Both the position numbers and the translations under genes were made by a program. A stretch of DNA of 64,000 bases, from positions 744,001 through 808,000 of the forward strand of contig OZ025804.1 of NCBI GenBank assembly GCA_964019425.1, written 5' to 3'. This document shows positions 21,322-34,008 of the stretch, one piece after another. Each line of letters opens with the position of its first letter. Position 1 is the first letter of the stretch. The stretch is from Flectonema sp. DT1601 (taxonomy: Eukaryota). The notes under the pieces were generated by a model, which saw nothing but the letters and a program-made list of their open reading frames with translations, was not told the DNA's origin and did not search any database.

Positions 21322-23216
21322 ATGGACTCGAAGAACATTAACGCAGTATTAGAAGAAAAGAGAGAAAGACTGCGATTGATTAGAGAAAGAAGAGGACAGC
21401 AAGGGGCAGCTGCAAGGCAGCCTTCTGTTGCATCAGCAGCGACTGTTGCTGACTCTAATCAGGCATCTCCGGATGCGGCTTCAGCAGCTTCAACTTCTTC
21501 GAGACTTCCATCAGTCTCACCACCACCAAGCGCACCCACAGGTATTGACTACTCAAAGTTGAATGCGGGTGCAGAAATCCTCCGGGCGACAAAGAAACCA
21601 ACACTTACCTTAGTAAAACCTGATGCACTAAAATGGTCAGTAGCACCCAGTGGTGCGGCACCTGGATATTCGAAACTAACTCAAACAGACCACGTTGGGG
21701 AAATTGGAGGCAAAGACCAAGGCAGTACCCCAGCAAGTCCTAGAAATGACTCAGTTGCTAGAAATAGAGCTCTTGGTGGAGGACAACCTCCAGCAAAATC
21801 AGCAGCAGCTGCAGCAGCTGTTCAGCAAGTTGAAGATGATGACAATTGTGTGGCTGATCAACTTTCTGATGATCAAAAAGTAAAAATTGTCAAATCGCAG
21901 GGATTTTACGATTTTTTCAAATCGACGACTTTTATTGTCGAGCGGGCACTTGGTGAGAGAGACGTCTTACCACCTGGTGTGGTAGAAGACTCTGAGTCAG
22001 TTTTAATGAGGGGACAAGGTGAACCCTTAGTGAGAATGCATGTATTTAATGATTCTCAATTTACGAAAAAAATAACAAAAATGTCACCCATAACGTCACT
22101 CGACTTTAATAAGTGTGGACAGTCAGAAATGTTCTTGGCTTCCTACTACAAGAGATCTGAAGGACAAACTGCTTTAAGTGATGTTGAAGGACAGGTTTGC
22201 ATATGGAGTGTTAGAGTTCCTCAGAGACCATTTCAGACTTTGACAGCACCTTGTGATGTAGCAAAAGCTTCTTATTGTAAATTTAAACCAAATATTGTTG
22301 TTGGAGGACTCTACAACGGTCAAGTATGTCTGTGGGATACCCGTGCAGGGTCAGAACCACAGCAGGTATCTCCACTAACAGTTGAGGGCCACACATATCC
22401 AGTCTTCGGAATAGAGGTAGTCGGATCTGTGAACAGTCACTCTCTGGTATCCCTTAGCAGTGATGGAAAGGTCTGTGCTTGGCAACTTGAGAAGCTGCAT
22501 GCACCAATTGAGGTAAATCTAATTAGACAAGCAGGAGAGTTGTCACTGCATCCTACTGAGATTAGAGCCACTTCATTAGCGTTTAAAGATAGCGATTCTA
22601 ATAAGTTTTTCTTAGGATCTGAGAACGGTCCACTGTTCTGTGCATCTCGAACAGCAAGTAGTCAACCTGAAGAATTTGCAGGCCACTCAAATCCGATAAC
22701 AGCAGTTCATTGTCATCCAGCTAATGGTGGAACTGATGAGTACTCTGATCTTATTCTAACATCAAGTATGGACTGGACTTGTAAACTTTGGCAACCATCA
22801 AAATCAAAAGCGTTATTCTCATTCGATGAATACACAGAATACGTCTATGACGTTAAGTGGTCACCTGTTCATCCTGCAGTCTTCGCTACTGTTGATGCAA
22901 GTGGTGTTCTTTCAGTGTGGAACATCTTAGAATCAATGGAAACACCCATTGGACGTGTTGATGTGTGTCCTGGTAAAGCTTGCACTAACCTCTCTTGGTC
23001 AGAAGATGGTAAATCCATCATTGTTGGAGATACTCTTGGTGATGTTACCCTCTGGGAAGTTTCTGGCAATGAAGCAAACCCTAAAGCTGCTGACTGGCCT
23101 CTTCTTGGTCAAAAGGTTTGTATATTCTTTTTGAAGCATAATTTGATCTTCCAATAAAAAACAACCAACTAAAACAGCTTGCTGAGATTAACCAAGGCAT
23201 TATGGCTGGGTTTTAA
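21322..23216 (+). CDS. Cytoplasmic dynein-1 intermediate chain (WD40); exons 21322-23115, 23178-23216
   Basis: N-terminal LEEKRERLRLIRERR helix, light-chain-binding YSKLTQT, ERAL motif, WD40 repeats with SSMDWTCKLW and YVYDVKWSPVHPAVFA. Confidence 0.92.
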
Positions 23217-23752
23217 GTGACGTAATGATAATATTTTCTTTTTTGAAGAGTACTTTGGTCGGACAATACGAAACCATTCCACCAATTACCTCTCAAAGGA
23301 AAGCCAAAAAACCCGCTCACAACGATTAACTTGCGACATTGTTTAATCTTTTTTCGTTTGTGTTGCGTGCAAACTAAAAATCCGACGCATGTCCGACTCG
23401 TTGATGGTGAATGAAATTTTCTCATTCTCTGACTAGAAATAAGTGAAGTACTTGCCTTTCCTACATCTCCCCTTTTCCCTCCTCCGTTTGTGTACGATTC
23501 CCGTAGAAAGAATTTAAAAAAAAAAAAAAAAGTTAAGGCATTCCGTTAGTGTAACAACCTCGTTTGCAAATGAGAGTAGAAAATAATAAAAAAAATATCT
23601 TATAGCAGTCAAATGATTGAACAACACACGACAGGGATCACTAATTTAAAAATGTCCTTCGATTGTGATATAAATCCGAAATCCCCCCAAAACTTCATTA
23701 TATAACAAAAAAAAAACACACATCCTACTTTATCATAGCGTACAGCATAACG

Positions 23753-26700
23753 ATGAGTAGTCCATCGAAAGAGAGATCGTTAACACCAAAGCGGAATACA
23801 GATGCCGTTCAGGTGGCTGTGAGAGTACGACCTTTAAATAAAAGAGAAATGGGTTCTAAGGTTGCCGTTCGAATGGATACGCACAGCTGTTGGACAGTCG
23901 AAGATGGTGAAGCGAAACCAGAGCATTCGACTCCAGGACTTCGACAAGTTGGAAAATTCGGAGCTGGCAAAACAACCGTCGCATCTGGAAAGTTTCAGTT
24001 TGATCATTGTTTATGGAGCGTCGAATCAATGGCTGATGCGAGTGGTAAGAAACGTTTCTACGAACAAGAAGATGTTTACAAAGAAATTGGAAGTCCCCTT
24101 CTAGACCACGTCTTTAAAGGATTCAACGTCTGTTTATTCGCATACGGACAAACTGGATCTGGAAAAACCCACACCATGATGGGCGACATCAGCAAGGAAG
24201 GATCAATGCCGGGTGCTGGTATTATTCCGCGACTTTGCCGAGATTTATTTCAGAGAGTTGAATCAAAGTCATCCGACAGTACTAATTTCGTCATAACTCT
24301 TTCATATATTGAATTATATAACGAACAGGTCTGCGATTTATTAAACGAAACCTTAAACCCTGACTTAAAGGTTCGAGAAGATCCAAAAACAGGTCCATTT
24401 GTTCAGGGGCTGAGAATGGAATCGGTCACCAGTGTGACACAAATCTTAAAGCATATCACTCTTGGAAATCAACGCAGACACGTCGCTGCTACTAAAATGA
24501 ACTCAGAATCGAGTAGGTCTCACGCGATAGTAACGTTATACTTTGAGGAGGAATGCCACGGTGAAGAGATGGAAGGAATCGCTGCAGCTAGTAGAGTCAA
24601 CTTAGTCGACCTTGCAGGATCGGAATCCATAGAAAAAAGTGGTGTTGAAGGAAAGAATAAAATAGAAGCTATCAATATAAACCTTTCCTTAACAACTCTA
24701 CGTAAAGTTATTGATAACTTAGCGAACCCAAACAGAGGGTTGGCTCCGCCATATAGAGACTCGAAGCTTACTTATTTATTAAAAGACAGTTTAGGAAATA
24801 ACGCAAAGACGATGATGATCGCGACTATATCTCCTTCGATAATGAACTTGTCGGAATCTAAAAACACACTTCACTACGCGGCTTTGGCAAGAGCTATTCA
24901 AAATAAAGCAAAAGCAAATCAAGATGAAAATATTAAATTAGTTCAAGACCTTCAGAATGAACTTGCTGCTCTACGTGAACGACTCTCCGCTTCTAGTTGG
25001 CTTGAAGGAAAGGGAATCACCCAGGAACGTGTCCAAGCAATGGAAGATGAATTACGACTAAAGGAAGAACAAGAAGCTCAGTTAAAAAGTCACATGGAGC
25101 AGCTACGGTTAGAAAAAGCATTAAAGGCAAAACAAGAAGAGGAACTTAGAGCAACACATGAAGAGAAGAAGAAGCTTAATCACGAAAGGTTACAACTCGA
25201 AGAGAAGCTCCACGAAACCCAATCTAAAGAAGTATCCCTTCAAGCTAATATCGCTGAACTCGCTGGTAATTACGAATTATCAAAACAACAGTTGGTGGAA
25301 CAGGAAAAGAGACTTGACGAACTCGTGAAAATGAAAGAACAGCTTGAAGAAGAACAAAAACAAAGAGCAGAACACCGAATCAGATTAGAAAAAGAAGGCG
25401 CAGACAAAGATGAGCAATTAAAAGCGTCAGCTGATCAAATAGCTGTATTAACATCTCGGATTCAGGGACTTGAAAGAGAGTTGGCGGGGGTTCGAAGTGA
25501 ACTACTAGACTCGAATGAAATAAATGATCAGCTAGTCGAAAAGAAGAAAGACCTCCAACATCAACTAAGTGATAGAGAAACAGCAATTCAAGAATTAGAT
25601 ATCGAACTTGATGAGGCTACATCTCAACTTGAAAAAGCAAACGATGACGTAACCACTTTGACTGAGTCAAAGGTTGACTTATTGGAGAAGGTTGAGCTCT
25701 TGGAAGATAAAATAAAATCACTGGAGAGTCAAATCAGTGACTTGGAATCTAAGATTGTTTCACTGCAAGCTGAGTTGAGTAGTAAAAATGACTCCATCAC
25801 CTCCCTACAAGCAGACCTTTCCGACAAGGAAACTCAACTGTCTAAATTAGAAACTGAAACCTCTGAAACTATTGCAGAGTTGAAAACAAAACTTTCAGAG
25901 ACAGAAGAACAGTTGAACAGTTTAACCATCGCATCTAACGAATCGAAACAAAAGTTCGAATCTGAATTAGCTGACGGCAAGAAACAGTTCGAGTCTTTAC
26001 AGAGTGAGTTCAACATCAGTAAAACAACTGCTGCAGAACTCACTGATGAGTTGGAAAAATTAAAATCTGATTTTGATGGAAAGTCAAAGGAGCTGTCCGA
26101 TCTGGAAACCTCCGCCACCACCTCCAAGAAAGACTTCGAACTACAACTAACTACTGCAGCTGATGAATTATCTCAACTCCAAACAGAATACGACAATAAG
26201 AAGGAATCCGATGCTGCAGCCGCAGCTGTTCTTTCGACCGATCTGAGCAACCTGAAGTCCGACTTTGAAAATAAATCGAAGGAACTTTCTGACTTGCAAA
26301 CATCCAGTACTGAGAGAGAGCAGGGCGACACTACTGCAAAGGAAGAACTTCAGTCGAAGCTGAGCAGCAAAGAGGAGGAATGTTCCGACTTGTCAGGTAA
26401 ATTGAAGTCACTCCAAAGCGAATACGACAACAAGAAGGAATCCGATGCTGCAGCCGCAGCCATTCTGACAACAGACTTGGAAAAGTTGACGTCCGATTTT
26501 GAAAATAAGTCGAAGGAACTTTCTGACCTGCAAACATCCAGTACTGAGAGAGAGCAGGGCGACACTACTGCAAAAGAAGAACTTCAGTCGAAGCTAAGCA
26601 ATAAAGAGGAAGAGCTGAAGTTACTCCAAAGCGAATACGACAACAAGAAGGAATCCGATGCTGCAGCTGCTGCCGTACTGACAACAGACTTGGGGAAGCT

Positions 26701-29700
26701 GAAAGAAGAACTTGAGACCAAATCAAATGAACTTTCGAACTTACAAAACTCATCAAGTGAATCCCAGCAGCAGGACGCTTCCGCAAAGGCGGAACTGCAA
26801 TCAAAGCTGAGCAGCAAAGAGGAGGAGCTGAAGTCACTCCAAACCGAATACGACAACAAGAAGGAATCCGATGCTGCAGCCGCAGCCATTCTGACAACAG
26901 ACTTGGAGAAGTTGACTTCCGATTTTGAAAATAAATCGAAGGAGCTTTCTGACTTGCAAACATCCAGTACTGAGAGAGAGCAGGGCGACACTACTGCAAA
27001 AGAAGAACTTCAGTCGAAGCTGAGCAACAAAGAGGAAGAGCTGAAGTCACTCCAAAGCGAATACGACAGCAAGAAGGAATCTGATGCTGCAGCTGCTGCC
27101 GTACTGACAACAGACTTGGGGAAGCTGAAAGAAGAACTTGAGACCAAATCAAATGAACTTTCGAACTTACAAAACTCATCCAGTGAATCCCAGCAGCAGG
27201 ACGCTTCCGCAAAGGCGGAACTGCAATCAAAGCTGAGCAGCAAAGAGGAAGAGTGTTCAGACTTGTCTGATAAATTGAAGTCGCTCCAAGCCGAATACGA
27301 CAGCAAGAAGGAATCCGATGCTGCAGCTGCTGCCGTACTGACAACAGACTTGGAAAAGTTGACGTCCGATTTTGAAAATAAGTCGAAGGAACTTTCTGAC
27401 CTGCAAACATCCAGTACTGAGAGAGAGCAGGGCGACACTACTGCAAAAGAGGAACTTCAGTCGAAGCTGAGCAGCAAGGAGGAGGAGCTGAAGTCACTCC
27501 AAAGCGAATACGACAGCAAGAAGGAATCCGATGCTGCAGCTGCTGCCGTACTGACAACAGACTTGGGGAAGCTGAAAGAAGAACTTGAGACCAAATCGAA
27601 TGAACTTTCGAACTTACAAAACTCATCCAGTGAATCCCAGCAGCAGGACGCAACCGCAAAGGCGGAACTGCAATCAAAGCTGAGCAGCAAAGAGGAAGAG
27701 CTGAAGTCACTCCAAAGCGAATACGACAACAAGAAGGAATCCGATGCTGCAGCCGCAGCCATTCTGACAACAGACTTGGAGAAGTTGACGTCCGATTTTG
27801 AAAATAAATCGAAGGAACTTTCTGACTTGCAAACATCCAGTACTGAGAGAGAGCAGGGCGACACTACTGCAAAGGAGGAGCTTCAGTCGAAGCTGAGCAA
27901 CAAAGAGGAAGAGCTGAAGTCACTCCAAAGCGAATACGACAACAAGAAGGAATCCGATGCTGCAGCCGCAGCCATTCTGACAACAGACTTGGAGAAGTTG
28001 ACTTCCGATTTTGAAAATAAATCGAAGGAGCTTTCTGACTTGCAAACATCCAGTACTGAGAGAGAGCAGGGCGACACTACTGCAAAAGAAGAACTTCGGT
28101 TGAAGCTAAGCAACAAAGAGGAAGAGCTGAAGTCACTCCAAAGCGAATACGACAGCAAGAAGGAATCCGATGCTGCAGCTGCTGCCGTACTGACAACAGA
28201 CTTGGGGAAGCTGAAAGAAGAACTTGAAACCAAATCGAATGAACTTTCGAACTTACAAAACTCATCCAGTGAATCCCAGCAGCAGGACGCAACCGCAAAG
28301 GCGGAACTGCAATCAAAGCTGAGCAGCAAAGAGGAGGAGCTGAAGTCACTCCAAACCGAATACGACAACAAGAAGGAATCCGATGCTGCAGCCGCAGCTG
28401 TTCTTTCAGCCGATCTGAGCAACCTGAAGTCCGATTTTGAAAATAAATCGAAGGAACTTTCTGACTTGCAAACATCCAGTACTGAGAGAGAGCAGGGCGA
28501 CACTACTGCAAAAGAAGAACTTCAGTCGAAGCTAAGCAATAAAGAGGAAGAGCTGAAGTCACTCCAAACCGAATATGACAACAAAAAGGAATCCGATGCT
28601 GCAGCTGCTGCCGTACTGACAACAGACTTGGGGAAGCTGAAAGAAGAACTTGAGACCAAATCGAATGAACTTTCGAACTTACAAAACTCATCAAGTGAAT
28701 CCCAGCAGCAGGACGCAACCGCAAAGGCGGAACTGCAATCAAAGCTGAGCAGCAAAGAGGAGGAGCTGAAGTCACTCCAAAGCGAATACGACAACAAGAA
28801 GGAATCCGATGCTGCAGCCGCAGTAGTGTTGGCAACGGATTTGGGAACTCTGAAAACTAATTTTGAGAACAAATCGAAGGAATTTTCTGACTTGCAAACA
28901 TCCACTTCTGAAAAGAATAAAAGTAACGACGCTGAGAGGGAACAGTTGAGATCAGAATTGAGTGGAAAAGAAAAAGAATGTTCCGATCTTTCTGATGAAC
29001 TAAAAACATTACAAGCTGACTCACAATCAAAATTAAAGGAAAAGGAAATCGCTTTCAATGCGACAAACGAGCGAGTTGCTGAATTAGAAAGTGAGGTTCA
29101 GTCAGCAGCAATTCGATTTACTCAACTGGAAACCGAACTCGACGATCGCAATAATAATCTGATACGTAAAAGTGATTCTTTCAACGCTTTCAGAGAACAA
29201 ACTGAAGTTGACAGACAACAGTGGAGTCAATCACTGTTAGCTTTAAAAACTGAAAGGGAAACGACCATTCGATTGAAATCTGATGAAATAACTGAATACG
29301 AACTTCAAGTGTCATCCTTAAAAGAAAAAAACAACAGCGATGTGGCTGCTTTAGAAGCAAAGCTCCAAGAGCAGAGCAGCATTCAAATCAGAGCTGATGC
29401 CCTTCAACTAGAACTTGATGAGATTACTGGAAAGCATGGAACACAAATAAAGTCATTGGAACTTCAAAACAATACAATAAACCAAGAAGTGTACGAACTT
29501 CGAAAACAAGTTGTTGACATTTCTGGTAAGCATCGCGTAGTCACATCTGAACTTATATCATTACAGAAGGAAAAAGAAAGACAGACTACATTAACTACCG
29601 GAAATGCATTTAAAACTGTCGGTGAATTAGAAAAACAAAATGAAAGACTCAGATCACAATTACAAACACAGATGAATGAAACCGCAGCTTACAACATAAA

Positions 29701-30067
29701 ACATCAGGAAGAGTCATCTCAGTTACAAAGGAGACTAAGAACTCTTCAAGATGAGCTGAACGTTCATAAACAAGAAGAGATCTCACGACGTCAGAGAACA
29801 CCTCCAACTGTAAGCGGATGGAGTAATGTTGTGACTCCTCCTCCGATGAGTACACTTGATCTGAGTCATATTAGACCAGCTTCTGGTGGACCTCAGACCC
29901 ATCGACCTCCACCTTCAGCATTCGATCAACCGATTAATGCTACTCAACCACGACAAGCATTTGAACCCTCTGCTGGAAAAGTGTGGCGTTGTAATAAATG
30001 TGACTGCTTCGCTAATCCTCAACCTGTTGATAAATGTAGACGTTGTGAGGCACCAAGAGAGTATTAG
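23753..30067 (+). CDS. Kinesin-3-type motor with long repetitive coiled coil and C-terminal RanBP2-like zinc finger
   Basis: VAVRVRP, FQFDHCLWS, AYGQTGSGKT, NSESSRSH, LVDLAGSE, PYRDSKLT; terminal WRCNKCDCFANPQPVDKCRRC. Confidence 0.95.
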   Translation: MSSPSKERSLTPKRNTDAVQVAVRVRPLNKREMGSKVAVRMDTHSCWTVEDGEAKPEHSTPGLRQVGKFGAGKTTVASGKFQFDHCLWSVESMADASGKKRFYEQEDVYKEIGSPLLDHVFKGFNVCLFAYGQTGSGKTHTMMGDISKEGSMPGAGIIPRLCRDLFQRVESKSSDSTNFVITLSYIELYNEQVCDLLNETLNPDLKVREDPKTGPFVQGLRMESVTSVTQILKHITLGNQRRHVAATKMNSESSRSHAIVTLYFEEECHGEEMEGIAAASRVNLVDLAGSESIEKSGVEGKNKIEAININLSLTTLRKVIDNLANPNRGLAPPYRDSKLTYLLKDSLGNNAKTMMIATISPSIMNLSESKNTLHYAALARAIQNKAKANQDENIKLVQDLQNELAALRERLSASSWLEGKGITQERVQAMEDELRLKEEQEAQLKSHMEQLRLEKALKAKQEEELRATHEEKKKLNHERLQLEEKLHETQSKEVSLQANIAELAGNYELSKQQLVEQEKRLDELVKMKEQLEEEQKQRAEHRIRLEKEGADKDEQLKASADQIAVLTSRIQGLERELAGVRSELLDSNEINDQLVEKKKDLQHQLSDRETAIQELDIELDEATSQLEKANDDVTTLTESKVDLLEKVELLEDKIKSLESQISDLESKIVSLQAELSSKNDSITSLQADLSDKETQLSKLETETSETIAELKTKLSETEEQLNSLTIASNESKQKFESELADGKKQFESLQSEFNISKTTAAELTDELEKLKSDFDGKSKELSDLETSATTSKKDFELQLTTAADELSQLQTEYDNKKESDAAAAAVLSTDLSNLKSDFENKSKELSDLQTSSTEREQGDTTAKEELQSKLSSKEEECSDLSGKLKSLQSEYDNKKESDAAAAAILTTDLEKLTSDFENKSKELSDLQTSSTEREQGDTTAKEELQSKLSNKEEELKLLQSEYDNKKESDAAAAAVLTTDLGKLKEELETKSNELSNLQNSSSESQQQDASAKAELQSKLSSKEEELKSLQTEYDNKKESDAAAAAILTTDLEKLTSDFENKSKELSDLQTSSTEREQGDTTAKEELQSKLSNKEEELKSLQSEYDSKKESDAAAAAVLTTDLGKLKEELETKSNELSNLQNSSSESQQQDASAKAELQSKLSSKEEECSDLSDKLKSLQAEYDSKKESDAAAAAVLTTDLEKLTSDFENKSKELSDLQTSSTEREQGDTTAKEELQSKLSSKEEELKSLQSEYDSKKESDAAAAAVLTTDLGKLKEELETKSNELSNLQNSSSESQQQDATAKAELQSKLSSKEEELKSLQSEYDNKKESDAAAAAILTTDLEKLTSDFENKSKELSDLQTSSTEREQGDTTAKEELQSKLSNKEEELKSLQSEYDNKKESDAAAAAILTTDLEKLTSDFENKSKELSDLQTSSTEREQGDTTAKEELRLKLSNKEEELKSLQSEYDSKKESDAAAAAVLTTDLGKLKEELETKSNELSNLQNSSSESQQQDATAKAELQSKLSSKEEELKSLQTEYDNKKESDAAAAAVLSADLSNLKSDFENKSKELSDLQTSSTEREQGDTTAKEELQSKLSNKEEELKSLQTEYDNKKESDAAAAAVLTTDLGKLKEELETKSNELSNLQNSSSESQQQDATAKAELQSKLSSKEEELKSLQSEYDNKKESDAAAAVVLATDLGTLKTNFENKSKEFSDLQTSTSEKNKSNDAEREQLRSELSGKEKECSDLSDELKTLQADSQSKLKEKEIAFNATNERVAELESEVQSAAIRFTQLETELDDRNNNLIRKSDSFNAFREQTEVDRQQWSQSLLALKTERETTIRLKSDEITEYELQVSSLKEKNNSDVAALEAKLQEQSSIQIRADALQLELDEITGKHGTQIKSLELQNNTINQEVYELRKQVVDISGKHRVVTSELISLQKEKERQTTLTTGNAFKTVGELEKQNERLRSQLQTQMNETAAYNIKHQEESSQLQRRLRTLQDELNVHKQEEISRRQRTPPTVSGWSNVVTPPPMSTLDLSHIRPASGGPQTHRPPPSAFDQPINATQPRQAFEPSAGKVWRCNKCDCFANPQPVDKCRRCEAPREY
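26170..28990 (+). repeat. Coding tandem repeat, ~13 units of 213 bp (71 aa), some 234 bp (78 aa), two alternating subtypes
   Basis: KKESDAAAA recurs 13 times; subtype A (DFENKSKELSDLQTSSTEREQGD) and subtype B (ELETKSNELSNLQNSSSESQQQD). Confidence 0.95.
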
Positions 30068-31000
30068 TTATGTCACAAGAAGAAAACTCACGCTGCGAAA
30101 CGTGTTTCCTTTTTTCTTTTTTGTTATGGGTAAAGGAGGAGAAATAGAAATTCTACAAGAAAAAATAAATGTTTTAAAAAAAAAAAAAAAAATAGATGAT
30201 TACCTTTTCGTTTACCACGCTGAATACTAAAATGGCGTGAGGCAGCTGATTTTCTTATTATTTTTTTTTTTTTCCCCCCTTTCTTTCTGTTTCTTCATCT
30301 TTGTTTTTTTGTTGTCTATTTGAGAGAATAATTTCGCTTTGTAAAAAATGTGTAAACTCAAAATGATTAAAGAAAAGGAAATAAATGAAATTAGACTCAG
30401 CACTACCGATTTATTGACTGAAGTGTGACTCGTTCATCTAACGTCGCCAGTCACTACTACACGCCCTATCCATTTGATCAAAGCAAGCGTTTCTTTTCAG
30501 CCATAGCAGAGAGTGTTCTGACACTTGTGGATTATCCGTCAGTGAGATGGAATCAAGGTAAGGGGTATGTGGTTACCCTGGTCATTGTATCTAAAAACTA
30601 ATGTTAAATTATCGTTATGTTGTTTTATCATACAATACATTTGTATTTTTACGTACAAAATCGAACAGTTAATTCCCCCTTTTCAAGTATAGCAACGTCC
30701 CTAACCAACGAATGTTAACAATAGTATCGACTCCACGTTTATAAAGTAAAAATAATTTGATTTAATTTCGGAGTGCTTTTTTTTTTTTTCTTCTTCTTCT
30801 CTCCCCTTTTTTTTTGTTTTTTGTTAGTTAACGAATGGTGAAGAAGGAATAGAGTGAAACAAGGAGAAGTACTCCTCAAGGTGTTTCTCTCAATTGATTT
30901 TCTTACCGCTGCTCTTTGTTACCTTCGCCCATCAGGCAGTGGTTTGGAGATTATGTGGTCGTGTGAAGAAAAATCTTACTTGCATCAATAACACAATCCA

Positions 31001-31058
<58 letters not shown>

Positions 31059-31531
31059 CGTTTTCCATTTTCTAGCTAAGAAATCTATCATTATTCTCCC
31101 AAAAAGAAAAGAAAAAAAAAAAAAAAAAAAAAGTATTTCGTTACCTTTAGGTATTTGCAGCTTTCTTCTTGTACACAAAGTTGAGAGGGATTCGGCTATG
31201 TTAATGTTGGTCTCTCGTCGGACGTGTTCACAAAATATATAAAAAAAAAAAAAATAGTTTCGGTTTTAATATTTGTCTGACCACCAACCTCATTGATGTT
31301 TTCACCACAAAAAAGGTCAACTCTTTTATGTTTTTTTTTTTTTTCCCTTTATCGTGTTTTAGTCCCAGGTTTCTCCTAGGTGAAAAAACGCTCGCTGGGC
31401 ACACATTAATTAGCAGCGGTGCTGTGTTCCTTTTCTTCCTTTTCATTTTTTTTTTTTTGAATTTGTCTGTCCACTGTCCTTTCGATTTTTTCATTTTTTT
31501 TTTCTCTGTTTCTTTCCCAAGCAGAAAAAAG

Positions 31532-31564
<33 letters not shown>

Positions 31565-32539
31565 TCTGTTTCTCAACTCGAATCAGATTTTTCGTTCAAT
31601 GTCTCTGTAAAGTGTCCCAATAATTGAGCAAAAATAAAATATATATTCCCGAGAAAAGCAATCCTTGTTTTGGTGAATAATACATGTTGATAAAAGTTTA
31701 ATTCAATTTTTTTTTTTTTTTTTTTTTTTCACCCCTTCTGTGTTATTCCTTTTGAACAGTATCGATTGACGCCCCTTTTTGTACCTAAAACTTGTGTAAG
31801 TTACGCGGAATAGCAGATAGTTTTATTTTTTCTCATTTTTTAAAAAAAAAAAAATCACATTATTACCAACACCTTTGTACCGTGTAAAAGAAACGTTAGT
31901 CCTTCCCTTCGTAACTGCCGTTATCGAACAGTCAAATAAAAAAAAATTTACTCTCTTTTTTTAAAACGGTATTTCTTTACATTGGAATGAAGTAAGATAC
32001 GGTAACAGAAGCAAGAAGTGCTCAACTATGTTTACGGCGGTATTTTTCTTTTTTTTTCTTTTTTTTTTTTTTTTCGCAATCGTGTACTACGCTTCCTGCT
32101 GAACGGTTCTTTTTTACTTTTCCTTTTAGTGTAAGACCTCAAACAACGTATTAATTTACATCTTGAATGGCTCACCTTTTAGTGGTATTTCTTTACATTT
32201 ATTTATAGTGATTAAAATGAGGTTTATGTATTCCCTATTCAGCCTTCACAGGTCGATCGGCAAATATTTCTTTTTTTTGATTCAGTGAAGTTGAAACGGA
32301 AAATAGAGGAAAGAACGACAAACAAAATGAATAAACTAAAAAAAAAAAAGAGGGGGAAAAAAAAAAAAAGAAAGGTATTTGAGCTTTGAATAGATTTCAG
32401 CGATTTTGGTATGGATGGTATTTTAGTATAATCGCATTGAGCGACATGGTCAGGTGTTCTTCCGCAACTAACGCCAGTACATTACTTGTGTCTTTGATAT
32501 AAGTCTCACTCTTAACATATACCAGCTATCACTTACAAC

Positions 32540-33721
32540 ATGGCCACCAGAGAATACTCAAACAAGAAGAGGGGGTTCTTCGTCAAGATGAACGAGTACC
32601 TCGACACCTACGACAAGATCGTCGTCGTTAGTTGTGACAACGTGACCTCCCGTCAGTTTAACACCATGCGTATTGGTATGCGTAAGAAGGGAGAGCTTCC
32701 ACTTGAGGGAAAGATCCTCATGGGTAAGAACACCATGATGAAGAAGGTTCTTCAGCAGCGTGCGGACGCTGACCCTGAGAACGCCCTCAAGCAGCTTCAG
32801 CTTGAACGTTTCGGAGAGATGTTGAAGTTGAACCGTGGTCTCATTTTCACCAACGGTATGTGTTTGTTGTTTTTTACAGAAAGTTCCTCTTCAGATTTGT
32901 TGCTTTTATTTTTGCAGCAGGGACACGGAGTTACGGTCCGTTTGGTTTTGAAACAAGCAACTTCAAACAGATGACCTTACTCAGGTCATGAAGATGGTTG
33001 AGGAGAACGTTGTTCAGTCCCAGGCTCGTGTTGGATCTGTTGCTCCATGTGACGTCAAGGTCCCAGCCGGTATCACTTCCCTTGAACCTGGTCAGACCTC
33101 ATTCTTCCAGGCCTTGAACATCCACACCAAGATTACCAAGGGAACCATTGAGATGTTGAACGAAGTTCACCTTATCACCAAGGGTGAGAAGGTCGGACCT
33201 TCCGAGGCCACCCTTCTCCAGAAGATGAAGATCAACCCATTCTACTACGGACTTGTGGTATGTGATTGTTGTTTTTATTCTTCTTCTGTGTACATCTGAT
33301 TTCTTCTGAACAAAACGAAAACCACCACCAACAGATGGAGGAGATCTACGACCAGGGATCATTCTACAGCCCGAAGGTGTTGAGGATGTCTGCTGACGAC
33401 AAGGAACAGATGGTTCGCAGAGGTATCAACCAGGTTCTTGGTCTTTCCCTTGGACTTGGATGGACTACCGAGGCCTCGTTCCCACACGTTGCCCTCAACG
33501 CCTTCAAGAACATCTTTTCCATCTCTTTGGGAACTGACTACGACTTTGAGGCATTCGGAGCGGCACAGCTCAAGCAGGACATCAAGGAAGGAAAGGTTTC
33601 CAGTGCCCCTGCTGCCGGTAGCAGTGCACCAGCTGACAGCAAGCCAGCTGCCGCCGCCGCCGCTGCCCCAGCTGACGAAGAAGATGAGGATGACTGTGAC
33701 TTCGGTGACATGTTTGACTAG
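32540..33721 (+). CDS. RPLP0: 60S acidic ribosomal protein P0 (uL10), copy 1; introns 32856-32970, 33258-33334
   Basis: [51 protein letters not shown], Ala-rich hinge, acidic tail DFGDMFD. Confidence 0.97.
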
Positions 33722-34008
33722 ACTACGCCCACTTGTAGCTCTTCATGCCCGCAGCTTCTATCCAAATGCCGCGTCACTGTTACAGCTACTCACATCAGTT
33801 TGTAATTGATCTTTAAGAACAAAACATACGGAATCGTTATCGGTCGGAAAAAAGTCGAAGGGAATGAAAAAAAATTTAAAAAAAAAAAAAAATCATTGGT
33901 ATGAAGGAAAGAATATCGGGGAGTGAGGTAGGATTATCAGTGGTTGTTTTGCTTTTATTTTAAGACATATTTTCTTCTTCACAGGCACCCCGCCCGTTAA
34001 CTTACAAC

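Noticed and set aside
26331..29058. Repeated minus-strand ORFs; CRISPR-like periodicity
   Set aside because: Antisense shadows of the kinesin coding repeat; no unique spacers or cas genes
30068..32539. Short K/F-rich ORFs in the long intergenic region (and similar ones elsewhere)
   Set aside because: Artefacts of poly(A)/poly(T) runs
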